Below are positions 29,470 to 38,710 of a DNA stretch of 64,000 nucleotides, one piece after another (the first letter of the stretch is position 1; every line of letters begins with the position of its first letter). Location of the stretch: assembly GCA_047617785.1 (NCBI GenBank), contig JBLGBK010000001.1, forward strand, positions 1-64,000, given 5' to 3'. The stretch is from Colwellia polaris. Lineage in GTDB: Archaea; Nanohalarchaeota; Nanosalinia; Nanosalinales; Nanosalinaceae. Both the position numbers and the translations under genes were made by a program. The notes beneath the pieces were generated by a model. The model did no database searches and had not been told where the DNA came from. It saw only the letters and a program-made list of their open reading frames with translations.

Positions 29470-29916
29470 TTAGCGTTCGCTTAACTCTGTTTTCAGAACC
29501 TCTGAAAGAGAAGCCATATCCGAAGTTAACTCGCCAACAGTTTCCTCAAGCTCTTCCAAGCGCCGGTTTACTTCCGGAGCAGTATTCTGGTTAACCTTGT
29601 CAGCAACAGATTCAACATCGTTTTCCAGCTCCTCAAGCCTGTTCTCAAAGTCTTCAACACCATTTCGACTTTCAAATTCCCTTTCAAGTGCTTCTAATCG
29701 GTTGCTCATAGCCTCTTGGTGAAGAGTTTCATTATGATAGTTAATCTCCAATTCTTCGATCCGTTGCTCAAGTTCTGCGACTCTTTCCTGAACCTGAGAC
29801 TCCTTATCCACAATCATCTCTTCCAAGTTCTGTAGCGTCTCGTTTGTAGATTCCTGAGGCTCATCATGCTCATCAATATGCTGCTTCACTTCCTGTATAT
29901 TGTCAGAGATACCCAT
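29470..29916 (-). CDS. Coiled-coil protein with RLEELE-type repeats
   Basis: Likely start is MGISDN. Repeats RVAELE, RIEELE, RLEALE and RLEELE. Confidence 0.75.
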   Translation of the reverse strand: MGISDNIQEVKQHIDEHDEPQESTNETLQNLEEMIVDKESQVQERVAELEQRIEELEINYHNETLHQEAMSNRLEALEREFESRNGVEDFENRLEELENDVESVADKVNQNTAPEVNRRLEELEETVGELTSDMASLSEVLKTELSER

Positions 29917-29979
29917 TGCTGTATCTTGTGTTTGGTGATGCGTTGTTAATAAATCCTCCAGAACCACAATAAAGTAAAC

Positions 29980-31419
29980 ATGGAGAAAACTCTTCTGGTA
30001 GTCATCGACGGATTCGGAGTAAGAGAAGAAATACAGGGAAACGCAGCAAAGCAAGCAGACACACCAAACCTCGACAGACTCAAGCAACAATACAACTACG
30101 CCGAATTAGACGCATCCGGACCTGCCGTAGGATTACCTGAAGGATTCACAGGCAACTCAGAGGTTGGTCACCTACACCTAGGAGCGGGTCGAACAATACC
30201 ACAGCGACTCACCAGAATAAACAAAGCAATCGAAAATAACAAACTTCGTGAGAAAGAAGCACTGAAAAATGCGTTCCAGAGAGCGGAGGAAAAAGAAGTA
30301 CCAATCCATCTCGCCGGAATTATCAGCGACGGAGGAATCCACGGCCACATAGACCACCTGAAAGCCCTTCTCGAGATATCCACAGAATACGATGTAGAAG
30401 TAAATATTCACTGTTTCACAGATGGAAGAGATGTGTCCCCAAAGTCAGCGGAGAATTTCCTAGATCAGATTAAAGAATGGACAGAGGATTATGGCGGTGA
30501 TATTGCCACAGTTATGGGTAGATACTATAGTATGGACCGCGACCATAACTGGGATCGAACATACAAAGCTTATCAGGCAATGGCGGAGGCAGAAGGTTTT
30601 GAATTCAAAGACCCCTATGAAGCGCTTAACGAGACGTATAAAGAAGATGATTATGACTATTTCATACAGCCCTCAGTAAGCGAAAACTACTCTGGTATGG
30701 AAAATAATCATGAAATTGTTTTCTATAACTTTCGTGCCGATCGTGAAAGACAAATTGAAGAGGAACTGGTTGCCGATGTTAATCCTGACGAATATGAAGA
30801 ACCAGTTCATCCGAATTTTACTTCTATGTTCCGTTACGAGCATGAAATAGATAATCCTGTAATATTTGAGAAGAAGATAGTAGAAAATACATTAGGAGAA
30901 GAATTAGAAGAAAGAGGTTACTCGCAGCTACGTGTTGCAGAAAGCCAGAAAAGACCGCATGTCACATTCTTCTTTAATGGGCAGAGAGAGTTGAAATTCG
31001 AACACGAAGAACGTCACTTCGTCGAATCTGACAAGATTAAAGCTTACGACCAAAAACCAGAGATGCACGCAGACGACATCACAAACGTAGTGCTAGAAGC
31101 AATGGAAAAAGGTAAAAAGGATTTTATACTACTTAATTTTGCTAACTGTGATCTCGTTGGACACACAGGAGATCTTGAAGCAACCATAACCGCTGCAGAG
31201 ACCGTTGATAAGAATATTGGCAGACTAGCTGACAAGTTAGAAGATACAGATTACAATTTCATTATAACTTCTGATCATGGGAACTGCGAGGATATGGGAA
31301 CAGAAGATAGCCCTAACACTTCTCATACTACGAACCCGATACCAGTCATTTCAGATCACGAATTCAAGTTTGAAGAAAAAGAGATATGGGAGATTAGAAA
31401 ACTGGTAGGGACGAACTAA
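29980..31419 (+). CDS. gpmI: 2,3-bisphosphoglycerate-independent phosphoglycerate mutase
   Basis: DGFG, GNSEVGH, DGRD, NFRADR, DLVGHTG and SDHGN motifs. Confidence 0.97.
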   Translation: MEKTLLVVIDGFGVREEIQGNAAKQADTPNLDRLKQQYNYAELDASGPAVGLPEGFTGNSEVGHLHLGAGRTIPQRLTRINKAIENNKLREKEALKNAFQRAEEKEVPIHLAGIISDGGIHGHIDHLKALLEISTEYDVEVNIHCFTDGRDVSPKSAENFLDQIKEWTEDYGGDIATVMGRYYSMDRDHNWDRTYKAYQAMAEAEGFEFKDPYEALNETYKEDDYDYFIQPSVSENYSGMENNHEIVFYNFRADRERQIEEELVADVNPDEYEEPVHPNFTSMFRYEHEIDNPVIFEKKIVENTLGEELEERGYSQLRVAESQKRPHVTFFFNGQRELKFEHEERHFVESDKIKAYDQKPEMHADDITNVVLEAMEKGKKDFILLNFANCDLVGHTGDLEATITAAETVDKNIGRLADKLEDTDYNFIITSDHGNCEDMGTEDSPNTSHTTNPIPVISDHEFKFEEKEIWEIRKLVGTN

Positions 31420-31646
31420 CCAGGGTCCTCCCAACTAGCGGTATTACATTCTGAAGGTGCTTCATCTTTAGCAGCAGTATCTCCGTTTTCGTATTCAGCC
31501 TTAAGAAGTTGGCAGCTGGCATTGTTGCTTCTATCTTCAAGAAATCCTGAGAAGCTGTCAGATTCTCCTTGAAGCATGAATAATAATACTACTGCCGTGG
31601 CCATCAGTACAACCACGGCTATAACAATCTCAAGAGTTTTGTCCAT
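31416..31646 (-). CDS. Small pilin-like protein lacking a basic leader
   Basis: MDKTLEIVIAVVVL hydrophobic helix plus a Cys pair. Confidence 0.7.
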   Translation of the reverse strand: MDKTLEIVIAVVVLMATAVVLLFMLQGESDSFSGFLEDRSNNASCQLLKAEYENGDTAAKDEAPSECNTASWEDPG

Positions 31647-31655
31647 TATTTACCA

Positions 31656-31937
31656 CTAACAGGCAAGTGTTCCTTCGTCCTCTCCAAGATTTACTCCCTG
31701 TGGAAGTTCGGAACTTGAAATGTCGCTTGGACAGTTTGCAGGCACAGAAATAGTTTCGCCAGATCCTGCGACACTACACTGCGATCGTATAGCTGTGTCA
31801 CATGCGCTGTCGCTGACATCACTAGTACCTCCTCCTATTCCCTGATTAAAGGCGAATATAAGAGTTAGTGCTGCCATCATTAATACTGAGGCTGCAATGA
31901 TAAGGAATAGTATTTGAGATAAACCTTTTCTAGCCAT
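31656..31937 (-). CDS. Type IV pilin-like protein
   Basis: Class III signal MARKG|LSQILFLIIA and four Cys. Confidence 0.85.
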   Translation of the reverse strand: MARKGLSQILFLIIAASVLMMAALTLIFAFNQGIGGGTSDVSDSACDTAIRSQCSVAGSGETISVPANCPSDISSSELPQGVNLGEDEGTLAC

Positions 31938-32042
31938 ATAAGCTACTTTGGAGATGGCGGTATAAAAATATGGCGAATTTCTCTGCGAAAACCGGAAATA
32001 AAAGAAGAACTATGTAGGAGGGAATAGACTCCTCTCTAAAAT

Positions 32043-32336
32043 TTAAGATTGTGATAGGTTGAGTTGGATGCTTGAAACGTTGAGCTCGTCTTCTTCGTCT
32101 GTCTCAATCTGGTCGGTTCCTGTCTCGATGTTATCTACCTGAACATCTTCTAGGAAACGATTCTTTACGATCTCTACTACATCTACTGCACGGCTAATTG
32201 CTTTTCCTCGTGCTTTAACGTGAACCGTTTCATGCCCTTCGGAAAACTGAGTTACTACAGCCAGAACGTAGCTGTAAGCAGGTTTAGAACCGACATATAC
32301 TGTATTGTCATCGTCTTCTGGTTGGTTGTCTGCCAC
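32043..32336 (-). CDS. albA: DNA/RNA-binding protein Alba
   Basis: VYVGSKP...YVLAV and [16 protein letters not shown] motifs. Confidence 0.97.
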   Translation of the reverse strand: MADNQPEDDDNTVYVGSKPAYSYVLAVVTQFSEGHETVHVKARGKAISRAVDVVEIVKNRFLEDVQVDNIETGTDQIETDEEDELNVSSIQLNLSQS

Positions 32337-32382
32337 TACTAAATCACCTTAAACCGGGTTTATGATTTCATTGTTTTATATG

Positions 32383-33609
32383 TTAGTTGGATTCAGCATC
32401 ATTCTGAAATTCTTGGAAATAGCTATCTACGCGAAAACTTAATCTCTTCCAGCCTTCTTCAGTAACCACTCTATTTGCTTTGTCAACCATTTCTATAGTA
32501 GCTGTAGAATTAGTAGGTTCTATCTTGACTTCGATATCGTATTCATCATCTAAGCAGTGAGTTTCATCAGCGTCGTCACCATCGTGATCATGATCACCAT
32601 GACAATTACAGTTACCTACCTCCTCCTGGCTGTAGTACGCAGAACCATCATAATTCGTGCTATATTCTCCGTAATCTAAATCCAGCGTATAATCTCCAAG
32701 ACTAAAGTTGCCTTCGATCAATGAATCTCCAGGTATCCAGGGTATATCTACTCCTTCACCTACGCCTGAATAGAAACTGGAGGTTACGTTGGAATCTACA
32801 TCATTTACTGTTTCAGACTCCAGAGAAGACCAATCATCATCGTCTGGCGAGCAAACGTTTTCCTCAGTGTTGGTAACACTTCCAACTGTTCTCCACTCTC
32901 TCTGAATATCTTTGTAGGCCCTAATAGTCTGGTTAGCCATTATAATATAGCGATTTGCTCTAACCTGCTCTGTTGTAGCAAAACCTATACCTCCTGTATC
33001 AACGTATCGAGTGGAACCTGCAGTAAAATCGCATTCCACTTCTAAGGGTGCAGCTTCCGGAACCGGGAAACCAAACCCGCCTTCTGGAACCTGATAGTCT
33101 ATCTCAGACCCTATCTCCACAGGAATACTGTTTCTATTATCCTGCATCGCCTCAAATAAGTCGAATTTATCAGGATAAACGTCAGCGGTATATTGTATAT
33201 CCGGTATTTGACAAGTCTGGCTTCTTGAAGTTTGACCATATCGGTTGTTGAAGTATTGTGTAGTTCCTTCCTCTAAATCAGCTACAATACGATACAATTG
33301 AGAAGTATGGGATTTGTCAGCTGAAAAGGCGTCATAGTGCCATTCTATCTCCTCTCCACCACCTTCTTGTCCTAGTTCGTATGATTTCTGATTTAGAGAA
33401 TGATAAGCCCCCATAGGAACATAATTATAGAAATACATATCTGCATATGACTTGGTTTCAGAGACTCTGCTCACGTCAGTAAGGGTGTTAGAAAGTTCAG
33501 TACTAAATATTTCTGTTATGGGAAGTGAATTCATAGCCATTATTGCAGAAATAAGGAGAAGCACTATAAACGGTATTAATTCCTCACCGCTCATTGAACC
33601 TTTTTTCAT
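32383..33609 (-). CDS. Large minor pilin-like protein
   Basis: MKKG|SMSGEELIPFIVLLLI leader and a 408-aa acidic body with a His/Asp loop. Confidence 0.75.
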   Translation of the reverse strand: MKKGSMSGEELIPFIVLLLISAIMAMNSLPITEIFSTELSNTLTDVSRVSETKSYADMYFYNYVPMGAYHSLNQKSYELGQEGGGEEIEWHYDAFSADKSHTSQLYRIVADLEEGTTQYFNNRYGQTSRSQTCQIPDIQYTADVYPDKFDLFEAMQDNRNSIPVEIGSEIDYQVPEGGFGFPVPEAAPLEVECDFTAGSTRYVDTGGIGFATTEQVRANRYIIMANQTIRAYKDIQREWRTVGSVTNTEENVCSPDDDDWSSLESETVNDVDSNVTSSFYSGVGEGVDIPWIPGDSLIEGNFSLGDYTLDLDYGEYSTNYDGSAYYSQEEVGNCNCHGDHDHDGDDADETHCLDDEYDIEVKIEPTNSTATIEMVDKANRVVTEEGWKRLSFRVDSYFQEFQNDAESN

Positions 33610-34217
33610 TACGATGAGACACCTACATCATAAATGTTCTGCGAGGTTTGTGTCCATAAAGTTATCTCTGCAACTTCTCCTTCTGCAATACTCAAGGGAT
33701 AGGTAACCCGGGAAAAAGATCCTGGTTGATAATCCTCCGGCGCTCTCACTACTAGCGGTTCAATATCTTTATCTGCTGGACCCTGTATCTCAAGATAGTA
33801 ACCGATAGTATTAGGTCCTTTTCTCCAGTATTGATCCATCTTATATTCCAAGTAGGTTTCTATATCTTCTCTTACCTCTTCGCGAGATACTTCTACTGTG
33901 CCCGATCCCGAGGCGTCAGATATGTATATCTCATCTTCCTCACTTGAGAAGTACAAAGAGATAACTTCATAAGCTGTATAGTTGCCGTAAGTTTCTCCGA
34001 CCTCTCCTGAACGCCACATGTAATCGTTCATAGTTGTCGTTACGACCGATCTTTTTCGAAGTTCCGCTAATTGATAGCCTACATCCTCATCCACTTGGGT
34101 TTCAACAACGTTGTCTCCAGGTACAGTCATGATTAGATAGACAAAGATCGAAATCATTACAGCAGACATGAAGAGTATTGTTGAGACGAGTAATCCTTGT
34201 GCTTTCCTAGATTTCAT
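33609..34217 (-). CDS. Pilin-like protein
   Basis: MKSRKA|QGLLVSTILF class III signal. Confidence 0.8.
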   Translation of the reverse strand: MKSRKAQGLLVSTILFMSAVMISIFVYLIMTVPGDNVVETQVDEDVGYQLAELRKRSVVTTTMNDYMWRSGEVGETYGNYTAYEVISLYFSSEEDEIYISDASGSGTVEVSREEVREDIETYLEYKMDQYWRKGPNTIGYYLEIQGPADKDIEPLVVRAPEDYQPGSFSRVTYPLSIAEGEVAEITLWTQTSQNIYDVGVSS

Positions 34218-34722
34218 AGACATACAACCTCGCAGGTAGTAGAGGGTTGCCTCTAGCCTCACGTACTAAGAGAACAGGGCTGAATACAGCTTGATCTCGG
34301 TATTGTGTTTTTTCTTCATCGCAGTTCAGCTCCCTAACGTTAGTGGCTTTTTGGGCAGGGTCTTCAAGAGGCGAGATATAGAACCCGAATTCTTCGCCGT
34401 CCAGAGCTTCAACTCTCGGCAAATAGCAATGGCCATTATTCTTCTTGTATCCAATATCATCTTCGCTTTCTGCCTGCCTAGTAAAATATTCTACAGGCAG
34501 CATCGCTCTTCTTCTGTTATAGTTGTAATCAAGAGTATAATCAGAGCTTAAAGAAAGAGTATTCTCCATTATAGCTGATCTCTTAAAGTCTCCCTGATTA
34601 TAGCTATCAATATTTACAGAAACACTATTTAAACCGCCTAGATACATTTGAAGAACTATGGCTAAGCCTGTAAGGAGCATTATTGCCAAAACTATTGCTT
34701 CAGGAGCATCATAGGAAATCAT
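34207..34722 (-). CDS. Pilin-like protein lacking a basic leader
   Basis: MISYDAPEAIVLAIMLL N-terminal helix, in the pilin operon. Confidence 0.7.
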   Translation of the reverse strand: MISYDAPEAIVLAIMLLTGLAIVLQMYLGGLNSVSVNIDSYNQGDFKRSAIMENTLSLSSDYTLDYNYNRRRAMLPVEYFTRQAESEDDIGYKKNNGHCYLPRVEALDGEEFGFYISPLEDPAQKATNVRELNCDEEKTQYRDQAVFSPVLLVREARGNPLLPARLYVYEI

Positions 34723-34724
34723 AG

Positions 34725-35120
34725 CTAACAGGGCTCCGATTTAATATCAAGCACTGAAGACTCTTTACTCAGACACAAAACCGATTCCACTTCAGTATAT
34801 TCATTTTCACCGTTAACCTCTGTAACGTCAAGATTTTCCAGCGGAACGCTGCCCTCTTCGTCTTGATACTTTACAAATATTTCTCCATTTTCATATTTAT
34901 AGCTAAACCCGCTCATTTCTATCTCTATATGACCCTTTGGCACTGAATTTAGAACAAAAGCAGCATTAGCTATTCTTTCAGTGCGTAAATCCACCGTTTG
35001 CTCCTTAACATAATCGCTGGTATAAGTTTGAACACCATAGGCTATAGCAAAAAGGAACAGGGCTATAAACACCATCGCCAGTATAAACACAGGCTTATCA
35101 GACTGAGCCTTTCTAGTCAT
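34725..35120 (-). CDS. Pilin-like protein
   Basis: MTRKA|QSDKPVFILAMVF class III signal. Confidence 0.8.
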   Translation of the reverse strand: MTRKAQSDKPVFILAMVFIALFLFAIAYGVQTYTSDYVKEQTVDLRTERIANAAFVLNSVPKGHIEIEMSGFSYKYENGEIFVKYQDEEGSVPLENLDVTEVNGENEYTEVESVLCLSKESSVLDIKSEPC

Positions 35121-35577
35121 CAGCACGCATGAACACCGTCGCTTGATTATTTTCTACTTCACCTGTGATAGTTATTACCCATTTGCCCGAACCTATAGAG
35201 GTATCACCAGTCCTAGTATTTTCAAAAACATAATCGCAAGAACCCGAAAGCTCTGCTGAACCACTACTATTATCAGTCTGCCAGTTAAATTCGTCATTAG
35301 AAGGATCAAATGTCAATGTATCGATCTGTGTAAGCTCAATATCTTCATCCGTAGAAGTTGAAACAGTTGACCGGCTTTCAGAAGCCACATCCGAGCATTT
35401 ATTCTCAGCACTAGGTATCAAATTATCCTCAATAGCCGCCACATCTTCATAATACGCAGTTTGACCTCCTATTCCTGCGACAAAACTATTCAATACACCC
35501 ATACTTAATAGAGAAATGAACAAACCTATCACCACAAATACTACTGCCGCAGGACCAAAACCTTTTCTATACTGCAT
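35113..35577 (-). CDS. Pilin-like protein
   Basis: MQYRKG|FGPAAVVFVVI class III signal. Confidence 0.8.
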   Translation of the reverse strand: MQYRKGFGPAAVVFVVIGLFISLLSMGVLNSFVAGIGGQTAYYEDVAAIEDNLIPSAENKCSDVASESRSTVSTSTDEDIELTQIDTLTFDPSNDEFNWQTDNSSGSAELSGSCDYVFENTRTGDTSIGSGKWVITITGEVENNQATVFMRADD

Positions 35578-35794
35578 ACTCTTCATAACTCTCTGCATCA
35601 TATCCTATATCGCATGCTTGATCAGGATTTTCTGGGTTTTGAAAAAAGCAATCATAACCCTGATTTAATTCAGAGCCCGTGCCATCTATATCTTCTCCAG
35701 CATCGCCAATTACCGAACTAACAAGACCAACAACTAGAGCTATTACTGTGAGACCAAGAACAAAAAGTAAAACAGTATATATAGATATCCTCAT
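35567..35794 (-). CDS. Small pilin-like protein with minimal leader
   Basis: MRISIYTVLLFVLGL helix and a C-terminal Cys pair. Confidence 0.65.
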   Translation of the reverse strand: MRISIYTVLLFVLGLTVIALVVGLVSSVIGDAGEDIDGTGSELNQGYDCFFQNPENPDQACDIGYDAESYEEYAV

Positions 35795-35953
35795 CTAAAA
35801 AACACCTGTAGAGATATTTATTTGATCGGAACCGAAGGATTCAGCTCCAGAAAATCCATTTGAGACCAAAGATAGAATAACTGCTACCGTAGCAAGACCA
35901 ATTAACATTACCACCAAAGTTGTCATACTAAAATTGAAGCCCGGTCTTGACAT
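35795..35953 (-). CDS. 52-aa Flp-size pilin-like protein (not in ORF track)
   Basis: MSRPG|FNFSMTTLVVMLIGLATVAVILSLV. Its stop abuts the next ATG. Confidence 0.75.
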   Translation of the reverse strand: MSRPGFNFSMTTLVVMLIGLATVAVILSLVSNGFSGAESFGSDQINISTGVF

Positions 35954-35988
35954 AGTAAACAATTATCTAAACCCAAACATAAGCGTTG

Positions 35989-36144
35989 TCATACGTCAGG
36001 AAATACTATAGAGTCAACAAATCCTGAAGCCAGCTCAGTAAACCACCCATTAAAAGCAGCGTAAACAGCTGCAATAATCAGTAGTACTAAAACTATTTTA
36101 GACATCGTTGATACAGACATGTTCTGTGCTTTTCTTGCATTCAT
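35989..36144 (-). CDS. 51-aa Flp-size pilin-like protein (not in ORF track)
   Basis: MNARKA|QNMSVSTMSKIVLVLLIIAAVY. Confidence 0.8.
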   Translation of the reverse strand: MNARKAQNMSVSTMSKIVLVLLIIAAVYAAFNGWFTELASGFVDSIVFPDV

Positions 36145-36151
36145 AACCAAA

Positions 36152-38341
36152 TCACGTTTCCAACTCTATATCTCTCACTTGAACTATAGGTTTTTCTAGG
36201 CCCGGATAATGGGCTGGCGTCCAGGTCTCAAATACTAGCCTAGTAAAGTCTCTATTGGTCTCCATGGTCTTTGTCAATTCCTGACCCCCTCCCTGAATAT
36301 TCCATACAATCTCACCAGAATTCTTAGTCAATGTTACAGTATATATCTCATCCCTCTCGTAAGTCATATCTGTTTCACTATAATCTTGGTTTTCGTAAGA
36401 GCTTCCATAACTAGAACCTGACTCACTTTCGAAGTACCATATAGGAGGTTCGCCCTGCGCATGCGTATTAATGTAAGTAACCGTTTCTCTTCCAGGTCCT
36501 TTCTGCGCATCTATTTGAAAATGCCCTCTCTCTTCAAACTCAAGTTCCATTGTAATAGTCTTTGAACCTTCTGGTATTTCACCATCCCAAGTTACATAGG
36601 CTTCTTGATCTACATTCTGCGGATTAAACCGGAAACCTATTCCAGAATCATCAATTAGACCATTTTCGCTGCTTGGATTTGGAAAAGCCGAGTCATACTC
36701 ATCAGTTATATCCCTCTTTGGATCGTAAGTCGAAGACCAGCTGTTACTTCCCGAATCACAACTGTAGGTATAGCCATTAATGCGAGTCTGTGTTTCTGCA
36801 TCCTCCGTACATGGATACCACATAGCATTAAACTGGCCAGACGGGTTAGCGCATAGCAGATCACCGTACATCTCATTGTCTATACTGCCATCCCGATATG
36901 AGACGAGTAGAGGAGAAGCCGACTCAATATTAGATCCGTCAAGATAGATATTGTTATAGAACTCTCTATTCTCCTCATTAAGATTTTCAGTGTATATATC
37001 CGTCGAATACAACGGCGGTAATTCGCCTTGAGCATTTATTGTTGCGCCTTTTTTGAACCTAACAGTACCAGCAGGATTCCCTATCTTCACATCACAAGAA
37101 CTCGCCATATTACCTTCAAGTTTTGCTCCCTGGAGGTCAAATACGCGATAGTTAGATGCAGTTCCCGTTATCCTCAAATCTTGGCCCGGCGCAGCTGATG
37201 ACGGCACAACGCCATTAAAGTCGATATTACCGTCTTCACAAGAGCCTTTACTGGTTATCTCTATATAAGGGAATCTTTTAGCCAGAATTAAATTTTCTCC
37301 AGCCTCGCCATCATTTGTTGGAGACTGCTTATTAGTCTGTATATAACCCTTATCGCCCGGACATAAAACGACATAACTCTCCATACTCCTTCTTGCCGTG
37401 TTCAAAGCAGAAGCATCAATATATATAGCGTCAGATTCTAGCGATTCACCGGTACGGTCAGTCCAACTACTGCAATATATACTATCTGAGAAATCGCCTG
37501 GCATGCTACCGGCGCCCTCTAGAAACATAGCTCGAATGTCTCCAACTTGAGGCTGGAAATAGAAAGTAAAAGCATCCCCGGAACCGATATACTCTGCATC
37601 AAAGGATTCAGAACCAGCAAACCATCCAATAGCACCTCCAACAGTGCCTCCAACAGCCCCTCCCACTATAGTACCTCCAATAGGAAGAACAGCCGTTCCA
37701 ACTGCGGCTCCAAGACTTGCCCCTGTATAAAATCCTACTCCGCTGGCAACACTGCCTACTACAGCTCCAGCGTCTCCATCTTCAATATCGGACTGAGTAC
37801 AGCTTTGGGAAATTCGATCTTCAAAACTTCCTCGCGCTGCACCTGCTATCCTGCCTTTTTCAAGCCAAACTTCACCAGCAGATTCATCAAGTATTATAGG
37901 TTCTTCAGAAGTTACTTCAAAATTTACTTTAGAATATTTGCCTTCCATATCGTTTCCGCTCTCTCCTGGTTTTATCTCTTCCCCAGGACGCGCCCACGTT
38001 TCGGAAGCTCCTTGACACTCCGGAGTTTGACCTAGATAAGTATGGGCTAGACCGGGATACCCTCCATCTTGGTTTTGCTGCTGTACGTTTTCACAACTCA
38101 CAGCTCTTTGATAAGAGAACTTAGCAGCATCTGATATAACCTCTTTAGCACTTGCCTGTTCCGTTTCTTCAACATCTACAGTGTAATCTACATTTCCTTC
38201 AATTAGGTTAAAACCTTCTTTTATAGAGCTTCCTAGACCTCCGCTTACAACCGTTGTAGAAACTACAGACAAAGTTAATAGGCCTAGAAGGATACCTCCA
38301 ACCATTCTAATACCTGCTCCTTTCTTTTTTTGCGTTAACAT
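36152..38341 (-). CDS. Giant pilin-like adhesin with an internal glycine-zipper hairpin
   Basis: MLTQKKKG|AGIRMVGGILLGLL leader, many Cys, a GxxxG zipper, and a beta-rich C-terminal domain. 729 aa. Confidence 0.75.
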   Translation of the reverse strand: MLTQKKKGAGIRMVGGILLGLLTLSVVSTTVVSGGLGSSIKEGFNLIEGNVDYTVDVEETEQASAKEVISDAAKFSYQRAVSCENVQQQNQDGGYPGLAHTYLGQTPECQGASETWARPGEEIKPGESGNDMEGKYSKVNFEVTSEEPIILDESAGEVWLEKGRIAGAARGSFEDRISQSCTQSDIEDGDAGAVVGSVASGVGFYTGASLGAAVGTAVLPIGGTIVGGAVGGTVGGAIGWFAGSESFDAEYIGSGDAFTFYFQPQVGDIRAMFLEGAGSMPGDFSDSIYCSSWTDRTGESLESDAIYIDASALNTARRSMESYVVLCPGDKGYIQTNKQSPTNDGEAGENLILAKRFPYIEITSKGSCEDGNIDFNGVVPSSAAPGQDLRITGTASNYRVFDLQGAKLEGNMASSCDVKIGNPAGTVRFKKGATINAQGELPPLYSTDIYTENLNEENREFYNNIYLDGSNIESASPLLVSYRDGSIDNEMYGDLLCANPSGQFNAMWYPCTEDAETQTRINGYTYSCDSGSNSWSSTYDPKRDITDEYDSAFPNPSSENGLIDDSGIGFRFNPQNVDQEAYVTWDGEIPEGSKTITMELEFEERGHFQIDAQKGPGRETVTYINTHAQGEPPIWYFESESGSSYGSSYENQDYSETDMTYERDEIYTVTLTKNSGEIVWNIQGGGQELTKTMETNRDFTRLVFETWTPAHYPGLEKPIVQVRDIELET

Positions 38342-38523
38342 AATGATAAACTCGTTTGATCCGCCAATGTTGAGAAAAGGCCTTGTAAGATAGTGCAAAT
38401 CCCGTTTATACCTAAGCTTTCAAATATGGGACCTGATAAACCCAGCAACAGAAGACCGACTAAAAGCGCTAGTACTAGTTTAAGCACAGTATCTGTCGGT
38501 AGGCTGCTGGCACCTTTCCTCAT
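38335..38523 (-). CDS. Small pilin-like protein
   Basis: MRKG|ASSLPTDTVLKLVLALLV. Confidence 0.8.
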   Translation of the reverse strand: MRKGASSLPTDTVLKLVLALLVGLLLLGLSGPIFESLGINGICTILQGLFSTLADQTSLSLC

Positions 38524-38566
38524 ATTAGTTTAGGCGTATCGTTCATATAAGGGGTTTTTGGTCAAA

Positions 38567-38710
38567 TTAACTGATAGCGCTATCAAGAGCTTGCTGATAT
38601 ATCTGCTCAACAACCCGATCTATGGCAAAAAGAAGAAGAGCGACAAAGGCAATAGCCACGCCGAACTTCACTAATTGATCTAAAGTAAATCCTGAGGAGC
38701 CCTTTCTCAC
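38567..38710 (-). CDS. 47-aa Flp-size pilin-like protein (not in ORF track)
   Basis: GTG start overlaps the platform gene's stop (GTGA). MRKG|SSGFTLDQLVKFGVAIAFVALLLF. Confidence 0.75.
   Translation of the reverse strand: MRKGSSGFTLDQLVKFGVAIAFVALLLFAIDRVVEQIYQQALDSAIS

Noticed and set aside
32043-32336. Alba as a functional part of the pilus locus
   Set aside because: It is a housekeeping chromatin gene with its own SD and spacing. Adjacency alone is not evidence.
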